Under the pieces are notes generated by a model. That model was given only the letters and a program-made list of their open reading frames with translations, did not search any database and had not been told where the DNA came from. Below, piece after piece: positions 42,140 to 52,114 of a stretch of DNA of 54,428 nucleotides. Made by a program: the position numbers and the translations under genes. The DNA comes from a virus (taxonomy: Duplodnaviria; Caudoviricetes): positions 1-54,428 of the IMG/VR virus record IMGVR_UViG_3300036944_000521, one strand, 5' to 3'. Each line of letters starts with the position of its first letter. The stretch's first letter is position 1.

Positions 42140-42833
42140 TGCATAACCTATGCCATTTTGCTAAAGGAATTATAAATACATCATTCTTTCTTAAAATAGT
42201 TTTTTCAATGTTAGTATCTGGATAGTTAGAATGATGCACTGTAGCAGTGCCTTCGCGAACAAACCATACTTCGGACCTATGATGGTGCATTTGCCAAGAA
42301 AGAGATTCTTTGGGATTTACTACTAATTCCTTGATTTTGGTAGTGTTGGGTAAATAATTATGCAGAACTTTCCACATGCCCCAATCACGAATAGTAGAAT
42401 CAGTCTTCCAACTGTCAAGCAGCGTGGAGGAAGAATTCATCTTGTGACTACCTCCGAGTGTATCATCAATACCAATATTGTTAGATTGACAAAAATCCCA
42501 CTCTGGGTAGTTTGAGTTGGAACGGTCTCCACCGTTCCCGAAGATAAGTTTATAATTCGGATACAGATCTACACAATTCTTCAACAAAGAAATTGCTGAA
42601 CCATCTGCATCATCAAAACTTAATACAGAATCTACATACTGTATAGATTCTAAAACTGACTTTCGAGAATCAAAAGTCATAAATGGCTTACCTTTTTTAC
42701 GAGCAAGCCACTCATCGGAGTTTAATCCGATTATTACTCTACCATAACGCTGATAGGCATCACGAAACATAGAGATATGTCCCTCGTGTAAGGGATCAAA
42801 ACCTCCAGATAAAATTACTTTTTCAAACGACAT
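42048..42833 (-). CDS. Cytidylyltransferase-like domain fused to a mannose-6-phosphate-isomerase-type cupin
   Basis: SGGFDPLHEGH, NGGDR; LSWQMHHHRSEVW, EIQYG...ESDI. Confidence 0.85.
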   Translation of the reverse strand: MSFEKVILSGGFDPLHEGHISMFRDAYQRYGRVIIGLNSDEWLARKKGKPFMTFDSRKSVLESIQYVDSVLSFDDADGSAISLLKNCVDLYPNYKLIFGNGGDRSNSNYPEWDFCQSNNIGIDDTLGGSHKMNSSSTLLDSWKTDSTIRDWGMWKVLHNYLPNTTKIKELVVNPKESLSWQMHHHRSEVWFVREGTATVHHSNYPDTNIEKTILRKNDVFIIPLAKWHRLCNETKEILSIIEIQYGSDCIESDIIRHPFPS

Positions 42834-43056
42834 TCAGTGTTCCGATATGGTTAGCTTCGTCGTCGTAAACTAGACCTGCAATCTCGCCTGCTGTTTTCCA
42901 AGCATTTAAAATTTTAGTGTGTTTGCAACCACGACGACCAGCGGGGCAAGTACATCCGCGCTGAGTAAATTTGTATATGGCTGTAGAATCATCTGAATCC
43001 TCAAACTTAGCAAGTTCATAAAAGTGGGTTCCTTTTCGTAGAATATACTGAGCCAT
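42823..43056 (-). CDS. SWIM zinc-finger protein
   Basis: CTCP.....CKH. Confidence 0.65.
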   Translation of the reverse strand: MAQYILRKGTHFYELAKFEDSDDSTAIYKFTQRGCTCPAGRRGCKHTKILNAWKTAGEIAGLVYDDEANHIGTLNVV

Positions 43057-43130
43057 ATCTTTTCCTCTATTTAAACTATGTTAACACAACAAAATAGCAA
43101 TGGGCAAGAACTATATTAATTTCGGCGGTA

Positions 43131-43679
43131 TTAGGCTGCGTTAGCAGCCTTCAGTATATGTCTAAGAGTATTGATATTGTTAGACTGTAGTTTTTGAACG
43201 TATTCTTCATAGTCACGAGCAAGAGACTTTTGCTCTGGTAGTTTTGAGTTAAGAAAATCAGTACGCAACATAGCGTAGTATTTTTTGAACATAGGACCAT
43301 GAGGCTTGCAACGAGTGTCAAGTTTTTTATAAGCAAAGAACTGAACTGCGTGAGCAACTTCATGAGCGATAATAGCTTCTAGCTTATCATATGGTCGTTT
43401 AGAATAAAACCCGCCAATAACTTTATCTGCATCAAAAGAAGCATATTCACGAAAGCGATAAGTCTCGCCTTCCACACTAGGAACTGCCCAGTACATAGCA
43501 ATATTGATTCCAGGGCCGTCTTTGTAAATGCCACCGCGAGAGCAGCGACGAGTAGAATCCCAATCAAACTTAGTAGTTAGTGTAAAATCAGAAAACAAGT
43601 TTTGTTTTACCCAATTCTGCATAAGAATTGAAGTGCGTAGTGCATGTTGATTAGCAAGAATTTTGAACTCTGAAATCAT
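43131..43679 (-). CDS. SprT-like zinc metalloprotease
   Basis: HEVAH ... HGPMFK. Confidence 0.7.
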   Translation of the reverse strand: MISEFKILANQHALRTSILMQNWVKQNLFSDFTLTTKFDWDSTRRCSRGGIYKDGPGINIAMYWAVPSVEGETYRFREYASFDADKVIGGFYSKRPYDKLEAIIAHEVAHAVQFFAYKKLDTRCKPHGPMFKKYYAMLRTDFLNSKLPEQKSLARDYEEYVQKLQSNNINTLRHILKAANAA

Positions 43680-43960
43680 CGACGTTTTCCTGTTGCTGGA
43701 TCTGCTGCTTCTGCTTTAGATAGAACTACATAGTTACCTTTGTTATAAGCTTGGCCTACAATAAGATTATCTGAGCCGCTATAAGCGTTTGATTTTTTAG
43801 CGTACCCATTACCCACAGTATCAGAAGTAGGAACAGTGTTACGTAAACCTACTCTTAGATCAGGAATATTATAAGGGCTACGACGTACTGGTTTACCTAC
43901 TTTAACACCCATTTTTTTAAGCCATTCTTCATGTTGTTTCAATAAATCTGCTTTTTTCAT
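43676..43960 (-). CDS. Hypothetical basic protein
   Basis: GQAYNKGNYVVL motif. Confidence 0.6.
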   Translation of the reverse strand: MKKADLLKQHEEWLKKMGVKVGKPVRRSPYNIPDLRVGLRNTVPTSDTVGNGYAKKSNAYSGSDNLIVGQAYNKGNYVVLSKAEAADPATGKRR

Positions 43961-43976
43961 TCGTAGCCCCTACAGT

Positions 43977-44243
43977 TTATACGCCGTAAGTCGGCTGTTT
44001 AGGGTCACGCCATAGAGTAAGTGAAGAAACGCGAATGAACTTTTTATTAGTCTCATTCTTGTTTGGGTTCTCAATAGTAACCATTACTCGTTTGCCTCTT
44101 TTATGAGCAAGCAGCTGGTTCATAAGACGAGCTGACGACGCCATGTACTCACGGCGCTGTGCATTACAAATCTTACGAGAAACGCAAGAATGTAGACCAG
44201 CAGACATTACACCAGAAGATTTACTTGATTTACCTTTAGCCAT
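43977..44243 (-). CDS. Hypothetical basic protein
   Basis: TIENPNKNETNKKFIRV motif; follows promoter 44273-44302. Confidence 0.65.
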   Translation of the reverse strand: MAKGKSSKSSGVMSAGLHSCVSRKICNAQRREYMASSARLMNQLLAHKRGKRVMVTIENPNKNETNKKFIRVSSLTLWRDPKQPTYGV

Positions 44244-44314
44244 AACTTTTCCTTTTTTGTTATCGTATAATCAATATACGCTATAAATAAGGAGTTATGC
44301 AAGTCTAATGTGAC

Positions 44315-44515
44315 TTAGGTTAGTAGTTCTAAGCTAGAGAATGTAATATTTCTACGAAGATCAAGTAGAGCTACTATAAAATCGTCAGCTTCATATATAA
44401 AAGAACACCGATGGCACTCAACAGTGCTCACCGGTGTGATTTTAGAACGATAATACCATATTTCTGAAGTATCATTACAAGAAGGACAGGCTGATACAGC
44501 TCTGTGCACATCCAT
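44315..44515 (-). CDS. Zinc-ribbon protein
   Basis: CPSC ... CHRC. Confidence 0.55.
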   Translation of the reverse strand: MDVHRAVSACPSCNDTSEIWYYRSKITPVSTVECHRCSFIYEADDFIVALLDLRRNITFSSLELLT

Positions 44516-44766
44516 TAGTCTCTGTAACCTTTGGTCTTATTTGCTATGTTTTTAGGCTGTTTAACAAATTGCTTACCTTCTTTAGTGCCTTTACGCTTAG
44601 CTGCATTAGTAGCAGCTTTTTCACCAGAAGATAACGAATCCCATGCCTTTTGTGGCAGATATCTACCACGTTCTGCACGCGGTTTATCTGCCTCACTAGG
44701 TTTAGAGTACTGCCACTTTTGTTCAGTCCACTTTTTTAGTGATTGCTGGGAAGGTTTTAAAGCCAT
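44515..44766 (-). CDS. Small basic protein (DUF5872-like C-terminal half)
   Basis: QQSLKKWTEQKW, RYLP.KAW and GKQFVKQP motifs. Confidence 0.6.
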   Translation of the reverse strand: MALKPSQQSLKKWTEQKWQYSKPSEADKPRAERGRYLPQKAWDSLSSGEKAATNAAKRKGTKEGKQFVKQPKNIANKTKGYRD

Positions 44767-44914
44767 GATTACTTTTTCATTTTTTTAAGCATAGCCGCCT
44801 GAAGTGCTGGAGGTAGCTTTTTTTGTCCTGCAGTTAGACCCGCAGTTGCTGGTTTCTTATCTTTTGTCATTTCTTTTTTTGGTGCTTTAGCCATTATATT
44901 CTCCTAAGGTCTAG

Positions 44915-45097
44915 TTATTTTTTATAACCGCCGCCTGATTTTTTGTATTCTGTAGCTAGGAACTGAGCTTTTCTAGCACTCCATTGACCTGGAGCACCGC
45001 CTTTGCTCCCTGATTTGATCTTTTCAAAAAGTTGTTTACGAAGAGTAGGTTTAGTATAAACACCTGCCTCGTTTACCTTGGATTTTTTATCAACCAT
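44915..45097 (-). CDS. Small basic protein (DUF5872-like N-terminal half)
   Basis: YTKP.LR and GG.PGQWSARKAQ..A.EYK..GGGY motifs. Confidence 0.6.
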   Translation of the reverse strand: MVDKKSKVNEAGVYTKPTLRKQLFEKIKSGSKGGAPGQWSARKAQFLATEYKKSGGGYKK

Positions 45098-45167
45098 GTC
45101 GGTATCTCCTAAAAGTAATCTATACTATATTATAATAGCTGTGCTTAATTAGTCAAATTTAATTTTA

Positions 45168-46178
45168 TTACTTTGTATCTATAAGTATGTTTTTGAATTG
45201 GTTGTAGCAAGCGTCCCAAGACCAGTGCATACTCTTATAGTAAACTATAGATTTACTCATAAACACGCAGTTATATACAGATTCTGAGAGATTATTACTA
45301 GTATGTCCTGTAATACCTTGTTCAATTATGTCTATAGGTCCAGTAACTGGATAAGCTGCTACGGGTAATCCGGAAGCCATTGCTTCTATAATGACTACTC
45401 CGAAAGTATCTGACTTACTAGGAAACACAAATACATCAGCTTTTCTATAATAATCAGCTAAGTCTTTACCTATCTTTTTACCTACAAATTCTACATCATT
45501 ATAGTTTTTCTTTAGAGTATCTAGGTAAGGACCATCTCCTACTAGTATCTTTTTAGAATTAGGTATTTGTAAGCTACAAAAATCATCTAATCCTTTTTCT
45601 TGGCTTACCCTACTTACACATAGCAATATAAGTTCTTTATTATCAGTAAGATAGTCTGGATAGAATATAGATCTATCTACTCCGCGTGTCCAAGCTTGAA
45701 TGTTTTGGGTAAACCCTTTAGCTCTAAGTTCTTGTACCATAGAAGGAGTAGTTGTTAGAATACAGGTACTATTTCGATAAGCGTAACGCATAAACGACCA
45801 GCCCCAGCTTGTTTTAAACCAAGGCAACCTAGCACTAATTAACTCAGGAAACTTAGTGTGGCACGATGTAGAAAAAGGTATATGTAGTTTTCTACAGAGT
45901 CTTGCAAAGTAAAAACCTAAAGGGCCTTCAGGGGTTGCTATATGTATATGATCCCAAGAATTCTTTTTTAGTAATTTTCTTATACGTAAAGGGTTAGGAA
46001 TACCTATTTTTATCTCAGAGTATCCAGGTAGTGAAAATCTAAATGTGCATCTACCAGGGTGGTATACATATATAGTATCTCCCTGTTTTTTAGCTTCAAT
46101 AACAAGATTGAATAAGGTGGTTACTACCCCATTAACTTGAGGCTTCCAAGCATCAGTTATCAGTAGTATTTTTGCCAT
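45168..46178 (-). CDS. Glycosyltransferase family 4
   Basis: TDAW.PQVNGVV, HIATPEGPLG and DTFGVVIIEAMASGLPV motifs. Confidence 0.9.
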   Translation of the reverse strand: MAKILLITDAWKPQVNGVVTTLFNLVIEAKKQGDTIYVYHPGRCTFRFSLPGYSEIKIGIPNPLRIRKLLKKNSWDHIHIATPEGPLGFYFARLCRKLHIPFSTSCHTKFPELISARLPWFKTSWGWSFMRYAYRNSTCILTTTPSMVQELRAKGFTQNIQAWTRGVDRSIFYPDYLTDNKELILLCVSRVSQEKGLDDFCSLQIPNSKKILVGDGPYLDTLKKNYNDVEFVGKKIGKDLADYYRKADVFVFPSKSDTFGVVIIEAMASGLPVAAYPVTGPIDIIEQGITGHTSNNLSESVYNCVFMSKSIVYYKSMHWSWDACYNQFKNILIDTK

Positions 46179-46926
46179 CTGATACAATATCCTTATTCCA
46201 TATGATTTCAAATCTACCATCTAAGTGTTCTACTAGTGCTGAACCAGACTCTAGCCAATCACCATCATTCATATATTCAACACCATTAATTATCTTTATC
46301 TCAGCAGTATGAATATGACCGCATATAACACCGTCGTAACTTCTATCTTTGCAGTAACTAGCTACTTTGTACTCAAACTTGTGTATAAAATTGAGAGCAT
46401 ATTTAGTGTTTTGTTTTAGCCAATTAGATAAGCTCCAATAAGGTAAGCCTAGCCAGCGTCTGACAGTATTAAAATGAGTATTAAACCAGATCATAAAATT
46501 ATATAGATTATCACCTAAGTGCATTACCCATTTATGATCTAACATTAAGTCGTCAAAGAAATCACCATGTATAACTAAATAACGTTTACCATTTACACCA
46601 ATGTGATCTATTCTATCTACTATTTTTATATTACCTATAGATATATCAAACGCAAGAAACTTTCTTACAACTTCATCGTGATTACCTGGTAAGTAGTAAA
46701 CGTTTGTACCACGTTTTGCAGCAGTTAGAACTCTTCTAATTACGTTTACGTGACTTTGTGGAAAATACCAAGTTTTATTTAGTCTCCAGCCATCAATTAT
46801 ATCTCCTACAAGATATAAGTTTTCAGCTGTATTATGTTTTAAAAAATTACATATAGCATCCGCTTGGCAACCTTTTGTGCCTAAGTGAAAATCTGATATG
46901 AATATACTTTTATAGTGCATTATCAC
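46153..46926 (-). CDS. LpxH-like UDP-2,3-diacylglucosamine diphosphatase family metallophosphoesterase
   Basis: ISDFHLG, GDIIDGW, GNHD, HGD, CGHIH and NDGDW motifs. Confidence 0.85.
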   Translation of the reverse strand: MIMHYKSIFISDFHLGTKGCQADAICNFLKHNTAENLYLVGDIIDGWRLNKTWYFPQSHVNVIRRVLTAAKRGTNVYYLPGNHDEVVRKFLAFDISIGNIKIVDRIDHIGVNGKRYLVIHGDFFDDLMLDHKWVMHLGDNLYNFMIWFNTHFNTVRRWLGLPYWSLSNWLKQNTKYALNFIHKFEYKVASYCKDRSYDGVICGHIHTAEIKIINGVEYMNDGDWLESGSALVEHLDGRFEIIWNKDIVSDGKNTTDN

Positions 46927-46935
46927 CCCTTTCTA

Positions 46936-47565
46936 TTATTTAATCATAAAACCTAACCTAGCATCTTTTAATAAATTATCAGCATTATCAAAGGATTCTA
47001 TAAAAGTGTAACCCTGTATGTAGTAACTATCTATAAGATCTACTGTACTTTGCCAGATAGGTATCATTTCTGATACTTCAGGGTCTGGGCTACCTCTAAG
47101 ATGAACTTCAAAGGGTTTATTATCTTTATATTCTACATTTATTATATTAACATCGTATAAACAGTTTAAATATTCTGGAGCAGGTATTGGGTTATTTACC
47201 TTTAGCCATTTAAAAAATTTAGTAAAACACTCTTTTTCATTAAAACCTTGATAAGTATGTGAAACTTCCCAGCAGTCGCGCCAAACATAAGTTACTGAAT
47301 AATGATTACCTTGAAGATAATCACACCAGAAGTATCCTGGCTCAACTTTGGTATAATCTCCAGCTTCTATATATGCTAGTCTAGCTCCTATACCCATGCC
47401 AGACAGATTATAAGTAGGTTTTATTATGTACTCTGCTGAAATAGTAGGAGCTACACCAGACGGTCCGCAAGCATAGCCTTCAAGCTCAGCTATATATAGT
47501 TTATTAAACCATTTATGATGCTGAGGATATAGTTTCCAAGCTTCTTCGTCTGTTATATTTTGCAT
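46936..47565 (-). CDS. Hypothetical protein, possibly ATP-grasp-like
   Basis: IIKP..NLSGMG, INVEY and FEVHLR motifs. Confidence 0.5.
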   Translation of the reverse strand: MQNITDEEAWKLYPQHHKWFNKLYIAELEGYACGPSGVAPTISAEYIIKPTYNLSGMGIGARLAYIEAGDYTKVEPGYFWCDYLQGNHYSVTYVWRDCWEVSHTYQGFNEKECFTKFFKWLKVNNPIPAPEYLNCLYDVNIINVEYKDNKPFEVHLRGSPDPEVSEMIPIWQSTVDLIDSYYIQGYTFIESFDNADNLLKDARLGFMIK

Positions 47566-47582
47566 AATAACACCTTTTTAGT

Positions 47583-47617
47583 AAAAAAAATGAGAGTGTA
47601 TTTCTACACCCTCATTA
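47583..47617 (-). terminator. Intrinsic terminator
   Basis: ATGAGGGTGTA..TACACTCTCAT followed by T-run. Confidence 0.6.
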
Positions 47618-47643
47618 TACTACTATAGTATTAATAGTCAAAT

Positions 47644-48711
47644 TTATTTTGTAACTAATTTCTCACCAGCAAACTGCTCTTCGTCTTTGATAAAAGAGTA
47701 AAAGCCTTGTACAGCGATTTCTTTATGTTTAGCTTCAATATCAAAATCTGCATATTGCAGCATAGGTACGTGGATAGCCATTAGTTCTTCATCCCAAAAA
47801 GTTTCTGAGTGAGCGTTAGGCTTCATCCAATATTCTTGATTGTCAGGATGAAAAGACTGAGATACATGGAATAGTGGGCGATTAGCTTTCCATGTTTTTA
47901 CAGCTTCTTTAAACAAGTCAGAAGTATGCGTGATATGTTCTACGTCACGAACTTTACGATTAACAGTTTTATCGTCTTGTTTAACTTTTTCAGTTTGTGT
48001 CATACGGTGACAAGCGTAGTGGTGTGTATCTAGTGTACAACGAATAGGAATACGTTGAGCAAGTTCGATAGTATGAGCAATATCATAACCATTAGGCTTA
48101 TCTTCGTTTTCTACAGCTAAGCACTGCTGAGCATAGTCAGATAGATGATGAAAGTTAGTAGCAAAACGTTTGATACCGTCTTCATGTTTACCGCCATACA
48201 GACCTTGAAGGTGAATATTCATCACAAAATCTTGTGCTGGAATACGCATAAGTTTACCGTATTCTGCATGATATTCAAGGTCTGCAATAGAGTTTGTAAC
48301 TACTTCTGCGTTATTAGATCCTAGAACAGTAAACTGACCTGGATGAACACTTAGACGTACTTCATGCTTAATAGCTTCTTGACCGGCGCGTTCTAGAATG
48401 TTAGATAGGGTATCCCAAATCTCTGCATACCACTCACGAGTAAAATCTAGAGTATAGCAAGGGAATAGTTCTGATGAAATGCGAAAACTACGCAGATTGC
48501 GAGGCTGCGTAGGAAAATGGGTTGATAAAATATCTAGCAGTTTGCGACAATTTTCAATAGCTTTGGTTTGTACCTTAGCTTTGCCACCTTCTTTAAGAGC
48601 ATAAGTCTTAGTAGTAGCACCAAAATTATAGCGTTTAGCTAGTTTAGTATCATGAAACTGGCAGCATTGAGATAGGCGCCAATCAGTTTGTGTTTTATTG
48701 TAGTATTCCAT
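47644..48711 (-). CDS. uvsE: UV-damage endonuclease
   Basis: FRISSELFP, LSVHPGQF.VL, NIH, ENED, LDTHH, AHS and EAK.KE motifs. Confidence 0.88.
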   Translation of the reverse strand: MEYYNKTQTDWRLSQCCQFHDTKLAKRYNFGATTKTYALKEGGKAKVQTKAIENCRKLLDILSTHFPTQPRNLRSFRISSELFPCYTLDFTREWYAEIWDTLSNILERAGQEAIKHEVRLSVHPGQFTVLGSNNAEVVTNSIADLEYHAEYGKLMRIPAQDFVMNIHLQGLYGGKHEDGIKRFATNFHHLSDYAQQCLAVENEDKPNGYDIAHTIELAQRIPIRCTLDTHHYACHRMTQTEKVKQDDKTVNRKVRDVEHITHTSDLFKEAVKTWKANRPLFHVSQSFHPDNQEYWMKPNAHSETFWDEELMAIHVPMLQYADFDIEAKHKEIAVQGFYSFIKDEEQFAGEKLVTK

Positions 48712-48775
48712 ATAAACTCCATTGCTTTTATTTAAAATACAACATAACAAACTGATTGGCAAGATATAAGTAAGT

Positions 48776-49081
48776 TTACTTACTCATATACGCAGTAGCG
48801 CCAAAATAAAATCCGATAATAGAAGCTTGTGCTAAATAAAACATACTTAGCAGATTACCAAGAGACTCAACTCTTGAATCTGTGACTATAGGACTCATAA
48901 GGACCGCAGTCACTACTATCATGCTAGCTAGAGCTATATAACTAATGAACTTTTGAGTTTGAGCTTTTTCTTCTCTAAGCTCTAGCTCCATTAGTTCATT
49001 TGATTTTGTTATTTCGTTATCCGTCACTTCGCCATCTTTATCTAAATCAAATTCTGAGTTTTCTGATACTGGTTTGATCAT
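48776..49081 (-). CDS. Two-TM membrane protein, putative holin
   Basis: Two transmembrane helices, GFYFG; near the spanin pair; EF-hand-like DLDKDGEVT. Confidence 0.5.
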   Translation of the reverse strand: MIKPVSENSEFDLDKDGEVTDNEITKSNELMELELREEKAQTQKFISYIALASMIVVTAVLMSPIVTDSRVESLGNLLSMFYLAQASIIGFYFGATAYMSK

Positions 49082-49084
49082 TCA

Positions 49085-49318
49085 TTACTCAGTAGCCTTA
49101 GTTACGGATTTAACTGCTGTTTTTACCGCAGGCTTAGCTGGGGCTTCTGGCTCCACGTTAATTGCAACGGGTTCGCTTTTAATTTTTAAAGGTGCTAGAG
49201 TATTTGCAGCGTCCCAAAGAACTTTTTGTTCTTCGATAAGACCCATACCCCAACCATGTCTAGCTAACCAACGTTGTGCTTCTTCCCAAATAGTAAAATC
49301 TTTAATTTCTGGTGTCAT
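49085..49318 (-). CDS. Hypothetical protein
   Basis: 77 aa; AGGAG RBS. Confidence 0.55.
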   Translation of the reverse strand: MTPEIKDFTIWEEAQRWLARHGWGMGLIEEQKVLWDAANTLAPLKIKSEPVAINVEPEAPAKPAVKTAVKSVTKATE

Positions 49319-49630
49319 TTATTGCTCCTTATTAGTATTCTGCTCATAATACACAATTATGTTTTTCTGTGCAGATATATATCGTTTAATCTCTAGCATA
49401 TTAACTGCTAGTAACTCGTAGTCAGATACCGAAATACCATAGTAAATTTTATCATTAAGATTAATAACCTTCCAAGTAATATTACTTAGTACTATAGGAT
49501 TTGGAGCTGGTGGTGGCGTAAATACTACTTCTGCAGGCTTACTAATAATCTCTACAGGTTTTACCGCTGCGCCACAACTACTCAGTGCTAAGATCAGTAA
49601 AACTGCTAAAAAGCTTTTTTGTACCATCAT
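49319..49630 (-). CDS. o-spanin-like lipoprotein
   Basis: Lipobox LSSC; Pro-rich; overlaps the i-spanin 3' end. Confidence 0.7.
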   Translation of the reverse strand: MMVQKSFLAVLLILALSSCGAAVKPVEIISKPAEVVFTPPPAPNPIVLSNITWKVINLNDKIYYGISVSDYELLAVNMLEIKRYISAQKNIIVYYEQNTNKEQ

Positions 49631-49952
49631 TAATTCTCTTTTCTACCAATACAGGTTTACGTCTACTAAGCTCTTCCAAATCATGCTTCATTAGCTTATT
49701 AGATAGTTCTTCTTTTTCTTTACTAAGCGTAGAATTGGCAGTTATAAGCACTGATAACGTATTTGCTTGTTTTTCGTATTTATTTTGTATGCTATCTATA
49801 GCAGCTTTCTGCTCAGTTATAGCAATAGTTAGCTTACTATTTGCCTCGGATAAAGCAGCTAGTTTGTAGCTAGATATTTTATAATAACCGTAAAAACTGC
49901 CACTAACCATAATAAGTAGTGTAGCGGCAGCTATAGTTGCTCTTATGCTCAT
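49578..49952 (-). CDS. i-spanin-like protein
   Basis: N-terminal transmembrane helix plus long coiled coil. Confidence 0.65.
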   Translation of the reverse strand: MSIRATIAAATLLIMVSGSFYGYYKISSYKLAALSEANSKLTIAITEQKAAIDSIQNKYEKQANTLSVLITANSTLSKEKEELSNKLMKHDLEELSRRKPVLVEKRINDGTKKLFSSFTDLSTE

Positions 49953-49978
49953 ATAAGTATATGCCTTTTCTATAGTAG

Positions 49979-50794
49979 TTAGAACTTGATATTCTGTTCA
50001 GTTTCTCTACTATCTCTAACGTAGTCTTTTCTATAATTATTGTTTATGTCAATAACAGTTTCAAGTAAACTCATTTTATTCGTATAATGTACAAAAGCCG
50101 CAGTATCCTTTGGAAAACAGGCCCCGCCAAAACCCCTTTTCCCGTCAAAACCTGGTACTCTATTATGGCTTGTGCCAAGTCTAGGATCGCATTCCATAGC
50201 CTTCGTAATGACATTAAAGTTTGCACTAGTATCCTGTACAGCATCATATAGCTGGTTAAAGAAAGCTACTTTCATAGCTAAAAATGAATTAATTCCGTAT
50301 TTAACAAAACTAGCTTCTTGTGGGTTCATATGATAGGTGGGGCAACGCTTACACATACTATAATCATTATAGTAATTTTCTAGTCTGTAACAATCAAAAG
50401 TGTTACCACCAAATACATGGAATTCTGGGCTTATAAAATCCTCATTAGCAGTTTTTTCTCGTAAAAACTCAGGATTATATACAATGCCTGATCCAGCATA
50501 CTTTGCAATAATATCAGGGGTTACAGTAGATTTAATGACTAGTAGCTGATGGGCGAATCTAGTTCCAGAGTTAAAGTAGTCTAACACTTCTTCTAGTATG
50601 CTAGTATCAATCTCGCCATCATCCATCATTGGGGTGGGTACGCATACAAATGTTAAATCATGTAGCGTTATGTCAATATCTTTGATTGAGTTCCCATATT
50701 TAGGATCAATAATAGTTTTCTCTACTTTAGGATTAGTAAAGCCGTAATCAACGGCTTTGCCTACAAAGCCGTGACCAATAATCAGTAATTTCAT
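49979..50794 (-). CDS. UDP-glucose/GDP-mannose dehydrogenase family protein
   Basis: GHGFVG, CVPTP, KSTV, NPEFLRE and GFGGACFPKD motifs. Confidence 0.9.
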   Translation of the reverse strand: MKLLIIGHGFVGKAVDYGFTNPKVEKTIIDPKYGNSIKDIDITLHDLTFVCVPTPMMDDGEIDTSILEEVLDYFNSGTRFAHQLLVIKSTVTPDIIAKYAGSGIVYNPEFLREKTANEDFISPEFHVFGGNTFDCYRLENYYNDYSMCKRCPTYHMNPQEASFVKYGINSFLAMKVAFFNQLYDAVQDTSANFNVITKAMECDPRLGTSHNRVPGFDGKRGFGGACFPKDTAAFVHYTNKMSLLETVIDINNNYRKDYVRDSRETEQNIKF

Positions 50795-50812
50795 TTATAC
50801 ACTCATTAGTTG

Positions 50813-51169
50813 TTATTTTCTAGGACCGCCAGGTTTAGGCTGCGTTTTGCTAGCACTAGGACCGCCCCATAGTACTTTGCGTGACCAGTAGTTAGGCGAG
50901 AATTTATCGTTTTTTGTTGGATTACCGCTACCATCCTTGATACCGGCGCTACGAGCTAGATAGTTTTTTCTAGCCTCTTCACTATAGTTATTACCATAAT
51001 CACGATGACCAAACTTTACTACTTTGATTTCATCGCCTTTTTTAGCAAGAACTACTTTCTTATGCTTATCTGTTCCAGGATTGTTTTTTGGTTTGTTGAA
51101 TCCAGGATAGTTTTCGCCGCGATACTGAATACCGCTAGCCGTTCTCTTTACATCCGACGCCTTTGCCAT
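50813..51169 (-). CDS. Basic conserved phage protein
   Basis: VKFG and SPNYWSR..LW motifs. Confidence 0.6.
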   Translation of the reverse strand: MAKASDVKRTASGIQYRGENYPGFNKPKNNPGTDKHKKVVLAKKGDEIKVVKFGHRDYGNNYSEEARKNYLARSAGIKDGSGNPTKNDKFSPNYWSRKVLWGGPSASKTQPKPGGPRK

Positions 51170-51359
51170 TTTTATATCTCTCTTCTATAGCCATTACTAC
51201 AGCCCACTGCTTATTTGTAAGCTGTGGATGATGTGTTTGAGCTAGTATACAACCTACTATAAAAGATTTTTCTTTAGGAGTCAAAGCACATTTATCAAAA
51301 AATTCTTGTAGCTGCTTTTTAATTCTTCTGGTCATTGTACCACGGATAAATAAGCGCAT
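51135..51359 (-). CDS. Hypothetical protein
   Basis: Start probably MTRRIK. Confidence 0.5.
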   Translation of the reverse strand: MRLFIRGTMTRRIKKQLQEFFDKCALTPKEKSFIVGCILAQTHHPQLTNKQWAVVMAIEERYKNGKGVGCKENG

Positions 51360-51443
51360 CTTGTTTAGAAAGGCTCTTAACCTTATCAGTTAATTGACGC
51401 TTATCTCTTAGGCGTATTAACCAAGCACGTAATCTTCTAAACA

Positions 51444-52103
51444 TTATACACCCATTAATTTTTCGTAGTCTACTCGTCTGTTTTGTAGTTCGTATAAAAA
51501 TGGTGGAGCAGTTTTTTCAAATAACTGAGGATCTTTACCGTCAACAGTAATAGCTACCACAATATCTTTAATACCCGTACCATACATCTCATTATGTGCA
51601 ACTGCATAACCGCAACACTGAATAAAGTAATCACGTATCTGCGTAGACTGTTTTGGTTTTTTAGAAGTTTTAAAGTCGATAATAGCTGGTTTACCTTTCC
51701 AGATACCTACCATGTCAGTACGACCAGCATACTTGTACTTATTAGACCAAAGAACTTGTTCTTGGCCCCATACTTCTTCTACACCAGTACTTACTAGAGT
51801 TATTAGATCACGACTCATTTGGCGTACATCTAAAGGTTGGGTACGTAGTTCTTCCCATATATTATCACCATTAAAATGACGTTCAGCAAAGGTGTGTATT
51901 AGAGTACCGCGATCTGTAGCTTCTTTAGATACGCGAGCAGCTTCTTCTTCACCAACTCGTTGTTTCCATTGTTCTAACCAAGGATTATTAGCGGTTTTTC
52001 CAAGAATTGTGGTTAATGACGGATAAGAGCCATCAGGGGTATGATATGTACGACCAGTAGTTAGAGTATCAACACTCATATCAGTTACATAGTCAAATTT
52101 CAT
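51444..52103 (-). CDS. PD-(D/E)XK exonuclease (Cas4/RecB-like)
   Basis: YPSLTTIL, RGT..H, AGRTD, IIDFKTS and Q...Y motifs. Confidence 0.85.
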   Translation of the reverse strand: MKFDYVTDMSVDTLTTGRTYHTPDGSYPSLTTILGKTANNPWLEQWKQRVGEEEAARVSKEATDRGTLIHTFAERHFNGDNIWEELRTQPLDVRQMSRDLITLVSTGVEEVWGQEQVLWSNKYKYAGRTDMVGIWKGKPAIIDFKTSKKPKQSTQIRDYFIQCCGYAVAHNEMYGTGIKDIVVAITVDGKDPQLFEKTAPPFLYELQNRRVDYEKLMGV

Positions 52104-52114
52104 TATACTTCTCT

